54,579 nt of DNA from Oscillospiraceae bacterium. GTDB taxonomy: Bacteria > Bacillota > Clostridia > Oscillospirales > Ruminococcaceae. Shown piece by piece: positions 27,880-36,786 of the stretch; position 1 is the first letter of the stretch, and each line of letters starts with the position of its first letter. Both the position numbers and the translations under genes were made by a program. Under the pieces are notes generated by a model that was not told the DNA's origin, did no database searches, and saw nothing but the letters and a program-made list of their open reading frames with translations. Where the stretch lies: NCBI GenBank assembly GCA_019413245.1, contig DXNX01000001.1, positions 1-54,579 of the forward strand, in the 5' to 3' direction.

Positions 27880-28896
27880 TTACATATCGCGGCCGATGGC
27901 AGCGGCCACCTTGCGGCACTTGGCCACAGTATCGGCGAATTTGTCCGGTTTCAGGCACTGGGCGCCATCGCTCCAGGCGCACTGCGGGTTGTCGTGCACT
28001 TCGATCTCCAGACCGTCGGCACCGGCCGCCACAGCCGCCAGGGCCATGCTCTCCACATACTTGTAGTCGCCGGTGGCATGGCTGGGGTCCACGATGACGG
28101 GCAGGTGGGTCTTTTCCTTGATGACCGGCACGGCGGACAGGTCCAGGGTGTTGCGGGTGTACTTTTCAAAGGAACGGATGCCGCGCTCGCAGAGGATGAC
28201 CTTCTCGTTGCCGCCGGCCATGATGTACTCGGCGGACATGATCCATTCTTCGATGGTATTGGCAAAGCCGCGCTTGAGCAGGATGGGCTTGGTCATCTTG
28301 CCCACCGCCTTGAGCAGCTGGAAGTTCTGCATATTGCGGGCACCGATCTGCACGATATCCACATATTCCTCGAACTCGTCGATGTGGGTCTCGTCCATCA
28401 GTTCGCTGACGATGGGCAGGCCGGTGGCTTCCCGGGCCTTGACCATGTCCATAATGCCCTCGGTGCCCAGGCCCTGGAAAGAGTACGGACTGGTACGGGG
28501 CTTGTAGGCACCGCCGCGCAGGAAGTTGGCGCCGCCCTCCTTGACCAGCTTGGCCATCTTCAGGATGTGGTCCTCCCCTTCCACGCTGCAGGGACCGGCC
28601 ATGACCACCACGGGGGACTTGCCGCCGATCTTGATGCCGTTCACATCAATGACGGTATCCTCGGGGTGGAACAGGCGATTGGCCCGCTTGTAGGGAGCGG
28701 ACACACGGGTGACGTTCTCCACCCAGGGGTTGGCCAGAACGTCCTTTTCGGCGATCTTGGTGGTATCGCCCACCAGGCCGAAGACGTTGTAATCGGTGCC
28801 GCGAATCATGGTGACCGAAAGGCCCTGCTTTTCGAAGCTGTCAACGATGCGGTCCAGTTCGACCTGGGGCGTACCCTTTTTGGTAGAAATAATCAT
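27880..28896 (-). CDS. aroF: DAHP synthase (type I-beta, N-terminal regulatory domain)
   Basis: AGPCSVE, GGAYKPRTSPYSFQG, QIGARNMQN, VDPSHATG. Confidence 0.95.
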   Translation of the reverse strand: MIISTKKGTPQVELDRIVDSFEKQGLSVTMIRGTDYNVFGLVGDTTKIAEKDVLANPWVENVTRVSAPYKRANRLFHPEDTVIDVNGIKIGGKSPVVVMAGPCSVEGEDHILKMAKLVKEGGANFLRGGAYKPRTSPYSFQGLGTEGIMDMVKAREATGLPIVSELMDETHIDEFEEYVDIVQIGARNMQNFQLLKAVGKMTKPILLKRGFANTIEEWIMSAEYIMAGGNEKVILCERGIRSFEKYTRNTLDLSAVPVIKEKTHLPVIVDPSHATGDYKYVESMALAAVAAGADGLEIEVHDNPQCAWSDGAQCLKPDKFADTVAKCRKVAAAIGRDM

Positions 28897-28943
28897 GGTT
28901 CTTTTCCCTCTCTCTATGTTGTTTGTGTTGCAATGACACGATG

Positions 28944-30200
28944 TCAGCGAAGATAATCGAAGGTCTTTTCAAAAGCAGCGCGGGCGGCGTTCACCGCGTT
29001 ATGCAGGGTGGAGGTGTTGTCCACCACCGCATCGGCAGCCCCCCGGTAGGCGGGTTCCCGCTCGGCTTCCATTTTGCGCAGAGCTTCCCGGCCGGTGGAC
29101 AGCGGACGGCCCGCCATGGCCAGGAATTCCACCGGACGGCGCACCCACAGCACCGGCCCGTTCTGCCGCAACAGACGGGTGTTGCCGGGGGTCTTGACCA
29201 CGCCGCCGCCGCAGGCAATGACCTGCCCGCCGCGCTTGGCCACCTCGGCCAGGGCATCGGCTTCATACCGGCGGAAGGCCGCTTCCCCTTCCCGGGCAAA
29301 AATGTCCGGAATGGGCATGCCGGCGTGCTGCTCGATCCATTCGTCCAGATCGACGTAGGTCTTGTTCAGCACTTTGGCCAGGCCCTCGCCCACGGTGCTC
29401 TTGCCGCAGCCGGGCATACCGATGAGGGACACGTTGCTCAGGTCCCGTTTCAGGTCCCGGCTGGTAGTGCGGATGAAGGCGTCCTTATCCATGGTGGTAC
29501 CGGTGAACAGCTCGGAGGCGTAGGCCGCCTGGGCCACCAGCATCTCAAAACCGCAGTAGGCGGGAATGCCCCGTTCTTCGGCCCGCAGCAGCAGTTCGGT
29601 GCGGAAGGGGTTGTACACCACATCCAGCACCGCCTTCAGATTGGGCAGGGCGCTGATATCCAGCAGGCATTCCCCCACGTTGGGGAACATGCCCGCCGGG
29701 CTGGTGTTGACGATGATCTCGGCATCCTTGCACTGAGACGCCTGATCATAGGTCAGCGTTCCTTCTCCACCCCGGCGGCTGACCGGCAGCACTGCCTTGG
29801 CGCCGGCGTCCTTGCAGACGGCACTGACGGTGGCACAGGTACCGCCGGTGCCCAGCACCAGCACGGTGCGCCCCGCAAAGTCGATGCCATGGCGGCGGGC
29901 CAGCCAGGCAAACCCCGCATAATCGGTGTTGTAGCCGTACAGGCGGCCGTCCCGGTTGACCACGGTGTTCACCGCGCCGATGGCCTTGGCCGCCGGGTCG
30001 ATGACATCGCAGTATTCCATGACCAGCTTCTTGTACGGGATGGTCACATTGATGGCCTTGAAGGCCCGGGCCTGCAGAAAAGCGCGGGCGTCGGCCTCGG
30101 TGAGCAGGGCGTGCAGCTCATAGGCATAACCGCCCGCCTTCTGGTGGATCTGCCGGGAATAGCTGTGTCCCAGCTTGGAACCGATCAATCCGTATTCCAT
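28944..30200 (-). CDS. aroE: Shikimate dehydrogenase-shikimate kinase fusion
   Basis: HSYS, NVTIPYK, GYNTDYAGF, followed by kinase P-loop GMPGCGKS, GEAAFRRYE, CGGGVV. Confidence 0.92.
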   Translation of the reverse strand: MEYGLIGSKLGHSYSRQIHQKAGGYAYELHALLTEADARAFLQARAFKAINVTIPYKKLVMEYCDVIDPAAKAIGAVNTVVNRDGRLYGYNTDYAGFAWLARRHGIDFAGRTVLVLGTGGTCATVSAVCKDAGAKAVLPVSRRGGEGTLTYDQASQCKDAEIIVNTSPAGMFPNVGECLLDISALPNLKAVLDVVYNPFRTELLLRAEERGIPAYCGFEMLVAQAAYASELFTGTTMDKDAFIRTTSRDLKRDLSNVSLIGMPGCGKSTVGEGLAKVLNKTYVDLDEWIEQHAGMPIPDIFAREGEAAFRRYEADALAEVAKRGGQVIACGGGVVKTPGNTRLLRQNGPVLWVRRPVEFLAMAGRPLSTGREALRKMEAEREPAYRGAADAVVDNTSTLHNAVNAARAAFEKTFDYLR

Positions 30201-30233
30201 GCACAAATTCTCCCCTTTCCCTTCCGTTGGTTT

Positions 30234-31346
30234 TTATACATCAGGCAGGCCGTGCTTCTGCGCCAGCGTGCCGTAACGGATACTGAGAAGATCCAGGATG
30301 CCGAAGGCGGTCAGACTGTTCTGCACCACCGCGGCCCGGGGCACGATACAGGGATCGTGCCGGCCTTTGATCTGGATTTCGGCGTCCCGTCTGGCGGGAT
30401 AATCCACCGTGTCCTGGGGACGGTAGATGCTGGGGGTGGGCTTGACCACCGTGCGCAGCACAATGGGCATGCCGTTGGTGATACCGCCGTTGATGCCGCC
30501 GTTTCGGTTGGTGGCAGTCCTGATTTGCCCGTCCCGCATGCGGAAGGCGTCGTTGGCTTCGCTGCCCCGCAGCTCCGCAAACTGGAATCCGGCGCCGAAT
30601 TCAATGCCCTTGACGGCGGGCACCGCGAACAGCAGATGGGCCAGGGTGCTCTCCACACTGTCGAACCAGGGTTCCCCTATTCCGGCGGGGATGCCGGTGA
30701 CCACCGTTTCCAGAATGCCGCCCACGCTGTCCCCCTCGGCCCCGGCGGCGCGGATGGCCGCCTGCATGGAGGCTTCCTTGTCGGGGTCCAGCAGGGCGAA
30801 ATGTCCCGGTTCCGGTGCGGGCATGAGCAGCCCGGCAGCGCTGGACAAGGGGGCATCCTGCACCCCCGCACAGGCGGCGATATGGGTATAAACCCGGATG
30901 CCCAGGTTTTGCAGCGCTTGTTCACAGATGGCCCCCGCCGCCACAGCCGCCGCGGTGATGCGGCCGGAGAAGTGTCCGCCGCCGCGGGCGTCCTGGTAGC
31001 CTTCATACTTGGCGAAAGCGGTGTAATCCGCATGGCCCGGGCGCAGCAGAGCGGCGGTTTTGGCGTAGTCACCGCTGCGGGTGTTGGTGTTGCGCACCAT
31101 CAGGGTCAGGGCGGTACCGGTGGTGTGGCCGTCCAGTACGCCGGAAAGGAATTCCACCTCGTCCGGTTCGGTGCGGGCGGTGGAAAGCCCGTCTCCCCGG
31201 GCGCGGCGGCGGTCCATGCGGATGTTGATGAAATCGGTATCCACCGGCAGACCCGCGGCCAGACCGTCCAGCACGGCGCCGATGGCCGGGCCGTGGCTTT
31301 CACCGAAGATGGTCAGGGAAACCGCGCTGCCAAAGGTATTTTTCAT
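30234..31346 (-). CDS. aroC: Chorismate synthase
   Basis: FGESHG, RPGHAD, GGGHFSGR, KPTPSI, GRHDPCI. Confidence 0.97.
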   Translation of the reverse strand: MKNTFGSAVSLTIFGESHGPAIGAVLDGLAAGLPVDTDFINIRMDRRRARGDGLSTARTEPDEVEFLSGVLDGHTTGTALTLMVRNTNTRSGDYAKTAALLRPGHADYTAFAKYEGYQDARGGGHFSGRITAAAVAAGAICEQALQNLGIRVYTHIAACAGVQDAPLSSAAGLLMPAPEPGHFALLDPDKEASMQAAIRAAGAEGDSVGGILETVVTGIPAGIGEPWFDSVESTLAHLLFAVPAVKGIEFGAGFQFAELRGSEANDAFRMRDGQIRTATNRNGGINGGITNGMPIVLRTVVKPTPSIYRPQDTVDYPARRDAEIQIKGRHDPCIVPRAAVVQNSLTAFGILDLLSIRYGTLAQKHGLPDV

Positions 31347-31361
31347 TGGTGGTCGGCCCCC

Positions 31362-32393
31362 TTATTCCTCTTCCAGGCCCAGCAGCTCGGGCAGCTGGGT
31401 CATGGGCAGTTTATCCGCCCGCCAGCAGCCCAGCCCCGGCACCCGGATGACCGTGATGCTGTCACCGCCGCTCTTTTTGTCGTGGCGCATATACTCCAGC
31501 ACCTTGTGCTTGTCCACGCCGGTACGCACCGGCAGGCCCAGCTTGCGCAGCACCGCTCGGGTACGTTTCTGCAGGGAGCGGTCCTCGATCATAGGCAGCA
31601 TCCCCAGGGCCACACACTCGCCATGATACAGCCCGTTGGTGCGGCGGCCGCGCACCCCCTTGACGGCTTCGATGCCGTGGCCGATGGTGTGGCCGAAGTT
31701 CAGCGCCTTGCGGGCACCGGATTCCCGCTCGTCCTGCTCCACGACCTTTTTCTTGACTAGCAGGCTGCGGTAGATGATGGTTTCGATGTCCTTGTCCACA
31801 TCCCCGTTCTCAAACAGGTCAAAGAGTTCCGGGTCAGCGATCAGGCCCGCTTTGACCGCCTCGGCCAGACCGTTGATGTACTGGCGGCGGGGCAGGGTGG
31901 CCAGGGTATCGGGGTCCACCAGCACCACCTTGGGCTGCCAGAAGGCGCCCACAATGTTTTTGGCGCTGCCCAGGTCGATGGCGGTCTTGCCGCCGATGGA
32001 GGAATCGATCTGCGCCAGGGTGGTGGTGGGGCAGTTGACGAAATCAATGCCGCGCATATAGCTGGCAGCGCAGAATCCGCCCAGGTCACCCACCACGCCG
32101 CCGCCCACGGCCACCAGCAGGTCGTGGCGGTCCATGTCGAATTCCAGCATGGCATTGAGCACCTGCCCGTAGACCTTCAGGCACTTGCTGCCCTCCCCCT
32201 GGGGGATGGTGTACACGGTGCCGTTGGCGCACTGTTCCAGCACGTTCTGCGCATACTGGGCAGGCACACCGGAATCGGTGAGGATAAAGACCCGGCGATG
32301 GGTCAGGTCAGCAAACTGATGGAGGTTGGAAAGGCAGCCGCGCTTGAGGATGATGTCATAGCTGCGGGTGCCGAGATTCATCGTCAATTTCAT
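31362..32393 (-). CDS. aroB: 3-dehydroquinate synthase
   Basis: GGGVVGDLGGF, PTTTLAQIDSSIGGK, LNFGHTIGHGIE, HGECV. Confidence 0.97.
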   Translation of the reverse strand: MKLTMNLGTRSYDIILKRGCLSNLHQFADLTHRRVFILTDSGVPAQYAQNVLEQCANGTVYTIPQGEGSKCLKVYGQVLNAMLEFDMDRHDLLVAVGGGVVGDLGGFCAASYMRGIDFVNCPTTTLAQIDSSIGGKTAIDLGSAKNIVGAFWQPKVVLVDPDTLATLPRRQYINGLAEAVKAGLIADPELFDLFENGDVDKDIETIIYRSLLVKKKVVEQDERESGARKALNFGHTIGHGIEAVKGVRGRRTNGLYHGECVALGMLPMIEDRSLQKRTRAVLRKLGLPVRTGVDKHKVLEYMRHDKKSGGDSITVIRVPGLGCWRADKLPMTQLPELLGLEEE

Positions 32394-32429
32394 AAAGGGA
32401 CCCCTCCTGTTATGGTAGATTGTGCCGGA

Positions 32430-33545
32430 TCACTGTGCTTCATCGGCCGGGCCGGTGGCAAATACTCCCAGCACCCGCACGGTACGGCAGGCTTTTTCCA
32501 GCGCCTGCACCAGCGCACCGCAGGTCTCGGGGGCGGCGGTGTCGGGGCAGACCAGCTGTACATAGAAATAATACTCAAAAGAAACATGGGGCAGCGGGCG
32601 GCTCTTGATGTTTTCCATGTTGAAGCCCTGCTCCCCGATCAAGCGGATCACATCGGCCAGTTTGCCGGGCTTGTGGTCCACCGTGAACAGCAGCGCCATA
32701 CGGCGGCCGGGCGCCGGCGGCACCGGCGCGGCGGCATCGGTGCGGGTGATGACGATGAACCGGGTGGTGTTGTCCCCGTCCTCGTTGACGCCCTCCGCCA
32801 GGATCTGCAGGCCGTACAGTTCCGCCGTCTGGGCCGATGCAATGGCCGCCAGGGTCTTGTCCCCGGTTTCAGCCACATAGCGGGCAGCTTCGGCGGTGTT
32901 GCCCCACACCCGGGTAGCCAGACCATGGCTCTTGATGTACACGCTGCTCTGGGCCAGGGCCTGCTGGTGGCTGACCACGGTATGAATATCCGAAAGCTGT
33001 GCCCCGGGCAGGGCCAGCAGATCCTGCCGGATGGGCAGGTCACACATGCGGGCGATGGTCAGTTCCGGGTGGGCGTACAGCAGATCCAGCACGGTGGCCA
33101 CATCCCCGGCGTTGGAGTTTTCAAAGGGAAGTACCCCGAAGCAGGCATCCCCTGCCGATACAGCGTCGAAGACTTCGGCCCAGGTATCATAGGCCCTGGC
33201 TTTGGCAAAAGGAAACAACCGGGTCAGGGCAATGTGGCTCCAGGCTCCCTGCACGCCCTGGTAAGCGGCCACATCCCGCCCCAGCAGTTTGCGCTGGTAG
33301 GACCGGGACACGGCCATCATCCCCTGCAGGACCTGCCGGTAATACGGGCGCAGTTCCTCGTTGTGCAGTCGCGCGGTGTTTTTGGCCAGGACAACATCCT
33401 CCCGCGCAGCGTCGAACACCGGTTTGCCTGTGGCTGCCTTGTACTGTGCCACCTGCCCCACGGCTTCCATCCGCCGCTCAAACAGCGCGGCCATCTGGGC
33501 ATCGATCTCATCGATGGTATTCCGCGCCTGCTGCAGCTGATCCAT
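32430..33545 (-). CDS. pheA: Chorismate mutase/prephenate dehydratase
   Basis: AroQ-type CM N-terminus; ENSNAG, SHQQALAQ, NTTRF; C-terminal ACT domain IKSRP. Confidence 0.94.
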   Translation of the reverse strand: MDQLQQARNTIDEIDAQMAALFERRMEAVGQVAQYKAATGKPVFDAAREDVVLAKNTARLHNEELRPYYRQVLQGMMAVSRSYQRKLLGRDVAAYQGVQGAWSHIALTRLFPFAKARAYDTWAEVFDAVSAGDACFGVLPFENSNAGDVATVLDLLYAHPELTIARMCDLPIRQDLLALPGAQLSDIHTVVSHQQALAQSSVYIKSHGLATRVWGNTAEAARYVAETGDKTLAAIASAQTAELYGLQILAEGVNEDGDNTTRFIVITRTDAAAPVPPAPGRRMALLFTVDHKPGKLADVIRLIGEQGFNMENIKSRPLPHVSFEYYFYVQLVCPDTAAPETCGALVQALEKACRTVRVLGVFATGPADEAQ

Positions 33546-33592
33546 TCTGATTCCCCCTGCCATTCCAGATACATATATAGATATACAGCTTC

Positions 33593-33621
33593 ACTATACC
33601 ATAAATCGGTCTGTATAACAA
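33593..33621 (-). promoter_or_regulatory. SigA-type promoter for aro operon
   Basis: TTGTTA-N17-TATAGT with extended TG. Confidence 0.65.
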
Positions 33622-33957
33622 GTAAAAACCGTGAAAAATGTCGCAACATTTTTGATTGTTTATACATTCTGAACATCTTTTTTTCAGCATACGGAACGTA
33701 CATTTTTCACTGTGGTCCTGTGGAAGCCCGCACCAAAAAAGGACGGCAGCCGGAGACCGGCGCCGCCCTTTCTGGCGTAATCTATTTTTCCTGTCCGTTC
33801 CTGCCCTCTTTGGCACGGCGCACCAGGTCCTCAAACGTGGGGGTCGCCGTGTAAAAACGTCGGTACGGGTTGTCCGGCAGCGGCGGGGTGGCAGAGGCTT
33901 TGTTCTTTTCCGGTTCTGCCGACGGCTTTTGGGGACCGTGGCAGGGACGCCAGCGCA

Positions 33958-34752
33958 TCAGTTCTGCCCCGCGGTAGACACAGCACCCTCGGTGATTTTC
34001 TGCCAGAGGGCCTGGTCATCGGCATATGCTTCCGCCGCCTTATCGGTCCAGGTACCGCGGCAGCCGATGTACAGCTTGCTCAGCACATCCTGATTGCTGC
34101 CGGTCGTGTCATCCACCAGGGTGTATCCGGTATATGTACCCAGGTCCAGCCCCGTCAGGACCGGGCAGTCGGTCCAGCGATAGACCATATTCTCCCAGTC
34201 GGGTGCGGGTTCCGTATTATCCGGTACCGTACCGTCCAGATACCGCAGCGCTGCGGTGGCTTCCTGGAAGGCCGCCGGATCTTCCAGCAGGAAGATATAG
34301 CTGCCCTCGGTGCTGGAAATGTCCCCGCTGAGCCGGGTCAGCACGGCCATACGGACATACGGATCGGTGGTATCGTCCGAACCGGTGGATTCGGCCGCCT
34401 CAGCGGTCTCGGCGGTGGCCGATGTCAGATCGATGGTATACTGGTTGAGCTGTACCACGACCTTGCCGTCACCGTTGCGGTCATCGCAGAAAGTTTCCAG
34501 TGCGGATGTCAGGGCTGCAGCGGTATCTTCCGGCAGATTCTGCAATCCCACATAGCCGACCTGATAATCCGGGCTGGTGCGGAAAAACATGTCCTTGACA
34601 ATAGCCCCCAGAATGCCCAGCACGATAATGACCACCACCACATGCCATTTGTGGTAGTGCCACCAGTTTCCGGCCTTTTCGGCCTTCGTGTAGGTGCGTT
34701 CGGGTTCGGTGTTTTCGTAGGTTTCCTGGCTGTCTTTTGTGACCCAAGCCAT
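33958..34752 (-). CDS. Membrane-anchored acidic extracytoplasmic hypothetical protein
   Basis: NWWHYHKWH followed by one TM helix; DRNGDGKVVV loop; AAGGGG RBS. Confidence 0.8.
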   Translation of the reverse strand: MAWVTKDSQETYENTEPERTYTKAEKAGNWWHYHKWHVVVVIIVLGILGAIVKDMFFRTSPDYQVGYVGLQNLPEDTAAALTSALETFCDDRNGDGKVVVQLNQYTIDLTSATAETAEAAESTGSDDTTDPYVRMAVLTRLSGDISSTEGSYIFLLEDPAAFQEATAALRYLDGTVPDNTEPAPDWENMVYRWTDCPVLTGLDLGTYTGYTLVDDTTGSNQDVLSKLYIGCRGTWTDKAAEAYADDQALWQKITEGAVSTAGQN

Positions 34753-34914
34753 GGGCGGTTCCCCTTTCCAAAACTGTAGTGTATTGATTGTACCACAAAA
34801 CCGTGTTCAATTTGTAAAAATATTCTGACCATTTTCGGCTTCCGCCTTGCACGCACCGACAAAAAAGGGTATGATGAAAATGTATTATTATATCCATGGA
34901 TGGAGGATTCCCCC

Positions 34915-35055
34915 ATGACTGACAACAAAGCGGCGAGTCTGCCGGCAGGGAGCAGCGTTTTCCGCCGGGCAGCCGCAGGCTTTTTTCTTCCGGTCCCGGC
35001 GGCAGGAAAGTACCGCGGAAGGACCGGAGCAAACGATAAGGCGGTGAGTCTTTGA
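34915..35055 (+). CDS. Possible 46-aa leader ORF
   Basis: GGAGG RBS, MTDNKAASLPAG...DKAVSL; TGA overlaps the next ATG (TGATG). Confidence 0.4.
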   Translation: MTDNKAASLPAGSSVFRRAAAGFFLPVPAAGKYRGRTGANDKAVSL

Positions 35056-36497
35056 TGGACAGCAAGAATACGTTTTTATTGCAGGACACCGAAATGTTCA
35101 TGCGCGGTGAGCTGGACAACGTGACCGTTTCCGGCGGGCGCATCATGCTGGACATCGTGCAGGGCGGGCATGTGCCCTATGGCTGCTACACCAGCCCGGC
35201 CATCACCCTGCCCGCTTTTGACGCGGTGCGGGTGAGCTGGAACGCCGGGACCCCGCCGGACACCGCCGTGGAGGCCCAGGCCCGGGTGCTGGTGGATGGA
35301 AACTGGACGGCCTGGTCCAGTTTCGGCCGCTGGAGCCCGTACCTGGAGCGGGAGGGTGCCCGCCCCGCCACCCGCGGACCGCTGGTGCTCTCCTCCGACC
35401 ATCTGAATCTGGATTCCAAAATGGGCATGCAGGTCCAGCTGCGCATTTATCTGTACACCAAGGACGAAAAAAAGACCCCCACCGTCAGTCTGCTGGGGGT
35501 GAGCGTGCGGGCGGTGGATGTGATCCCGTCCGGCGGACGCCCGGTCAACGCAAAGCTGAATCTGATGCCGTACACCGTGGCTCCCCGCTGCCCGGCCCTG
35601 CATGATGTGATGGATCTGGCCATCTGTCTGACCAGCCTGACCAACCGCTGGGGCGCCGATATTCTGCCCGAAGAGTTCGCCCTGGCCATGCGGGATTTCC
35701 AGCCCGGTCAGGACCAGCGCAACCTGAGCTTTGCAGCGGCTGCTGCGGGCTGCTGGGGATTTCCCGCCTGGGTCTGCTGGGCCGACCCGGCGCTGCTGCG
35801 CGCGGAAGTCCGGGCCGGATACGGCGTCATTGTGGCGCTGAACCGCCGGGCGGTGGAAGTAGATGCCGGAATGCCGCCGGTGCGCTATGCGGCACTGCGC
35901 GGCTTTACCAATATGGACGGAACGCCCCAGGTATTGCTTATCGACCCGTGGGCCGGTATCAGCAATTTTGACGCCGAGACCCAGATGCCGCTGGATGAAT
36001 TTCTGGTGGCCTGGAACAATCTGGCTCTGTGCATGCGGCAGCGCCAGAAAGAGCTGCCGGAAGGCCGCCCCGAGCGTTCTTCCGTCTGGCTGCGCCACGA
36101 CAAGGACAGCCCGGAAGGATTGTACCAGATGTATCTGGGCGGAACGCCCCATCCCCTGCCCGACGATTTCTGCGGGGCGGTCCCCGCTCCGGCCGAGGTC
36201 TCCCCGGACGAGGCCGCCGATGAGACGGCCGCCCCGGCAGAGCAAGCACCCGATACACAGCCCGCTGCACCGGATGCCGCCCCCGCCCGTCCCGTTGCCG
36301 GCGGCGTTCTGGCCTGGTCCGTTCCGGATGAGCGCCCCCACGCCACCACGGCACACCGGACCCTGCATTTCACCCGTCCGGTCAGCGGCGGTATCCATCT
36401 GGGCACCCGCACCGCGCCCGATGAGCCGCCCACAAAATACACCGTATACGCCATCGACACCGCCGGGCGGATGCTGGTGGGCGATGTGATGGTCTGA
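35055..36497 (+). CDS. Peptidase C39-like family protein, probably inactive
   Basis: GCYTSP, VSWNAGTP, WSSFGRWSP, NRWGADILPEE, NLSFAAAAAG, IDPW; catalytic motifs look altered. Confidence 0.7.
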   Translation: MDSKNTFLLQDTEMFMRGELDNVTVSGGRIMLDIVQGGHVPYGCYTSPAITLPAFDAVRVSWNAGTPPDTAVEAQARVLVDGNWTAWSSFGRWSPYLEREGARPATRGPLVLSSDHLNLDSKMGMQVQLRIYLYTKDEKKTPTVSLLGVSVRAVDVIPSGGRPVNAKLNLMPYTVAPRCPALHDVMDLAICLTSLTNRWGADILPEEFALAMRDFQPGQDQRNLSFAAAAAGCWGFPAWVCWADPALLRAEVRAGYGVIVALNRRAVEVDAGMPPVRYAALRGFTNMDGTPQVLLIDPWAGISNFDAETQMPLDEFLVAWNNLALCMRQRQKELPEGRPERSSVWLRHDKDSPEGLYQMYLGGTPHPLPDDFCGAVPAPAEVSPDEAADETAAPAEQAPDTQPAAPDAAPARPVAGGVLAWSVPDERPHATTAHRTLHFTRPVSGGIHLGTRTAPDEPPTKYTVYAIDTAGRMLVGDVMV

Positions 36498-36504
36498 GCC
36501 AGAC

Positions 36505-36710
36505 AAAAAAAGCAGGCGGAGCGTTCAGCGTTCGCTCCGCCTGAGAAGAAGGAGAAAAACAGAGCGTCCTGTTTGCACAATCCCGCCTGGCAAAACCCAC
36601 CCCTCTGAGTTTCACGGGACCCGGGGCGCTCTGGTTTTCCTCTTATTCCGATGATATTGAAAAAAGCAAAGGCACTTTGGGCCATAGCTCAAAGCGCCTT
36701 TGCTTTTCTT
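36505..36710 (-). ncRNA. Candidate structured small RNA
   Basis: Promoter TTGCGC-N17-TATAAT (36716-36744), three hairpins, terminal terminator, no RBS-led ORF. Confidence 0.45.
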
Positions 36711-36786
36711 TTTGTATTATACAGCATTCATCCCCGCCGCGCAAGAGGCACTGTGTACAACATCTTTGTACACAAGGCCCCTCTCA

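Noticed and set aside
33546..33957. T-box leader for the aro operon
   Set aside because: No T-box consensus, and the predicted promoter lies only about 50 bp from the pheA start.
34819..34833. CodY-like box AATATTCTGACCATT
   Set aside because: Three mismatches to consensus in AT-rich DNA; not enough without conservation data.
36505..36710. SRP RNA or tmRNA identity for the candidate sRNA
   Set aside because: No SRP domain IV motif and no tRNA-like ends; left as an unassigned candidate.
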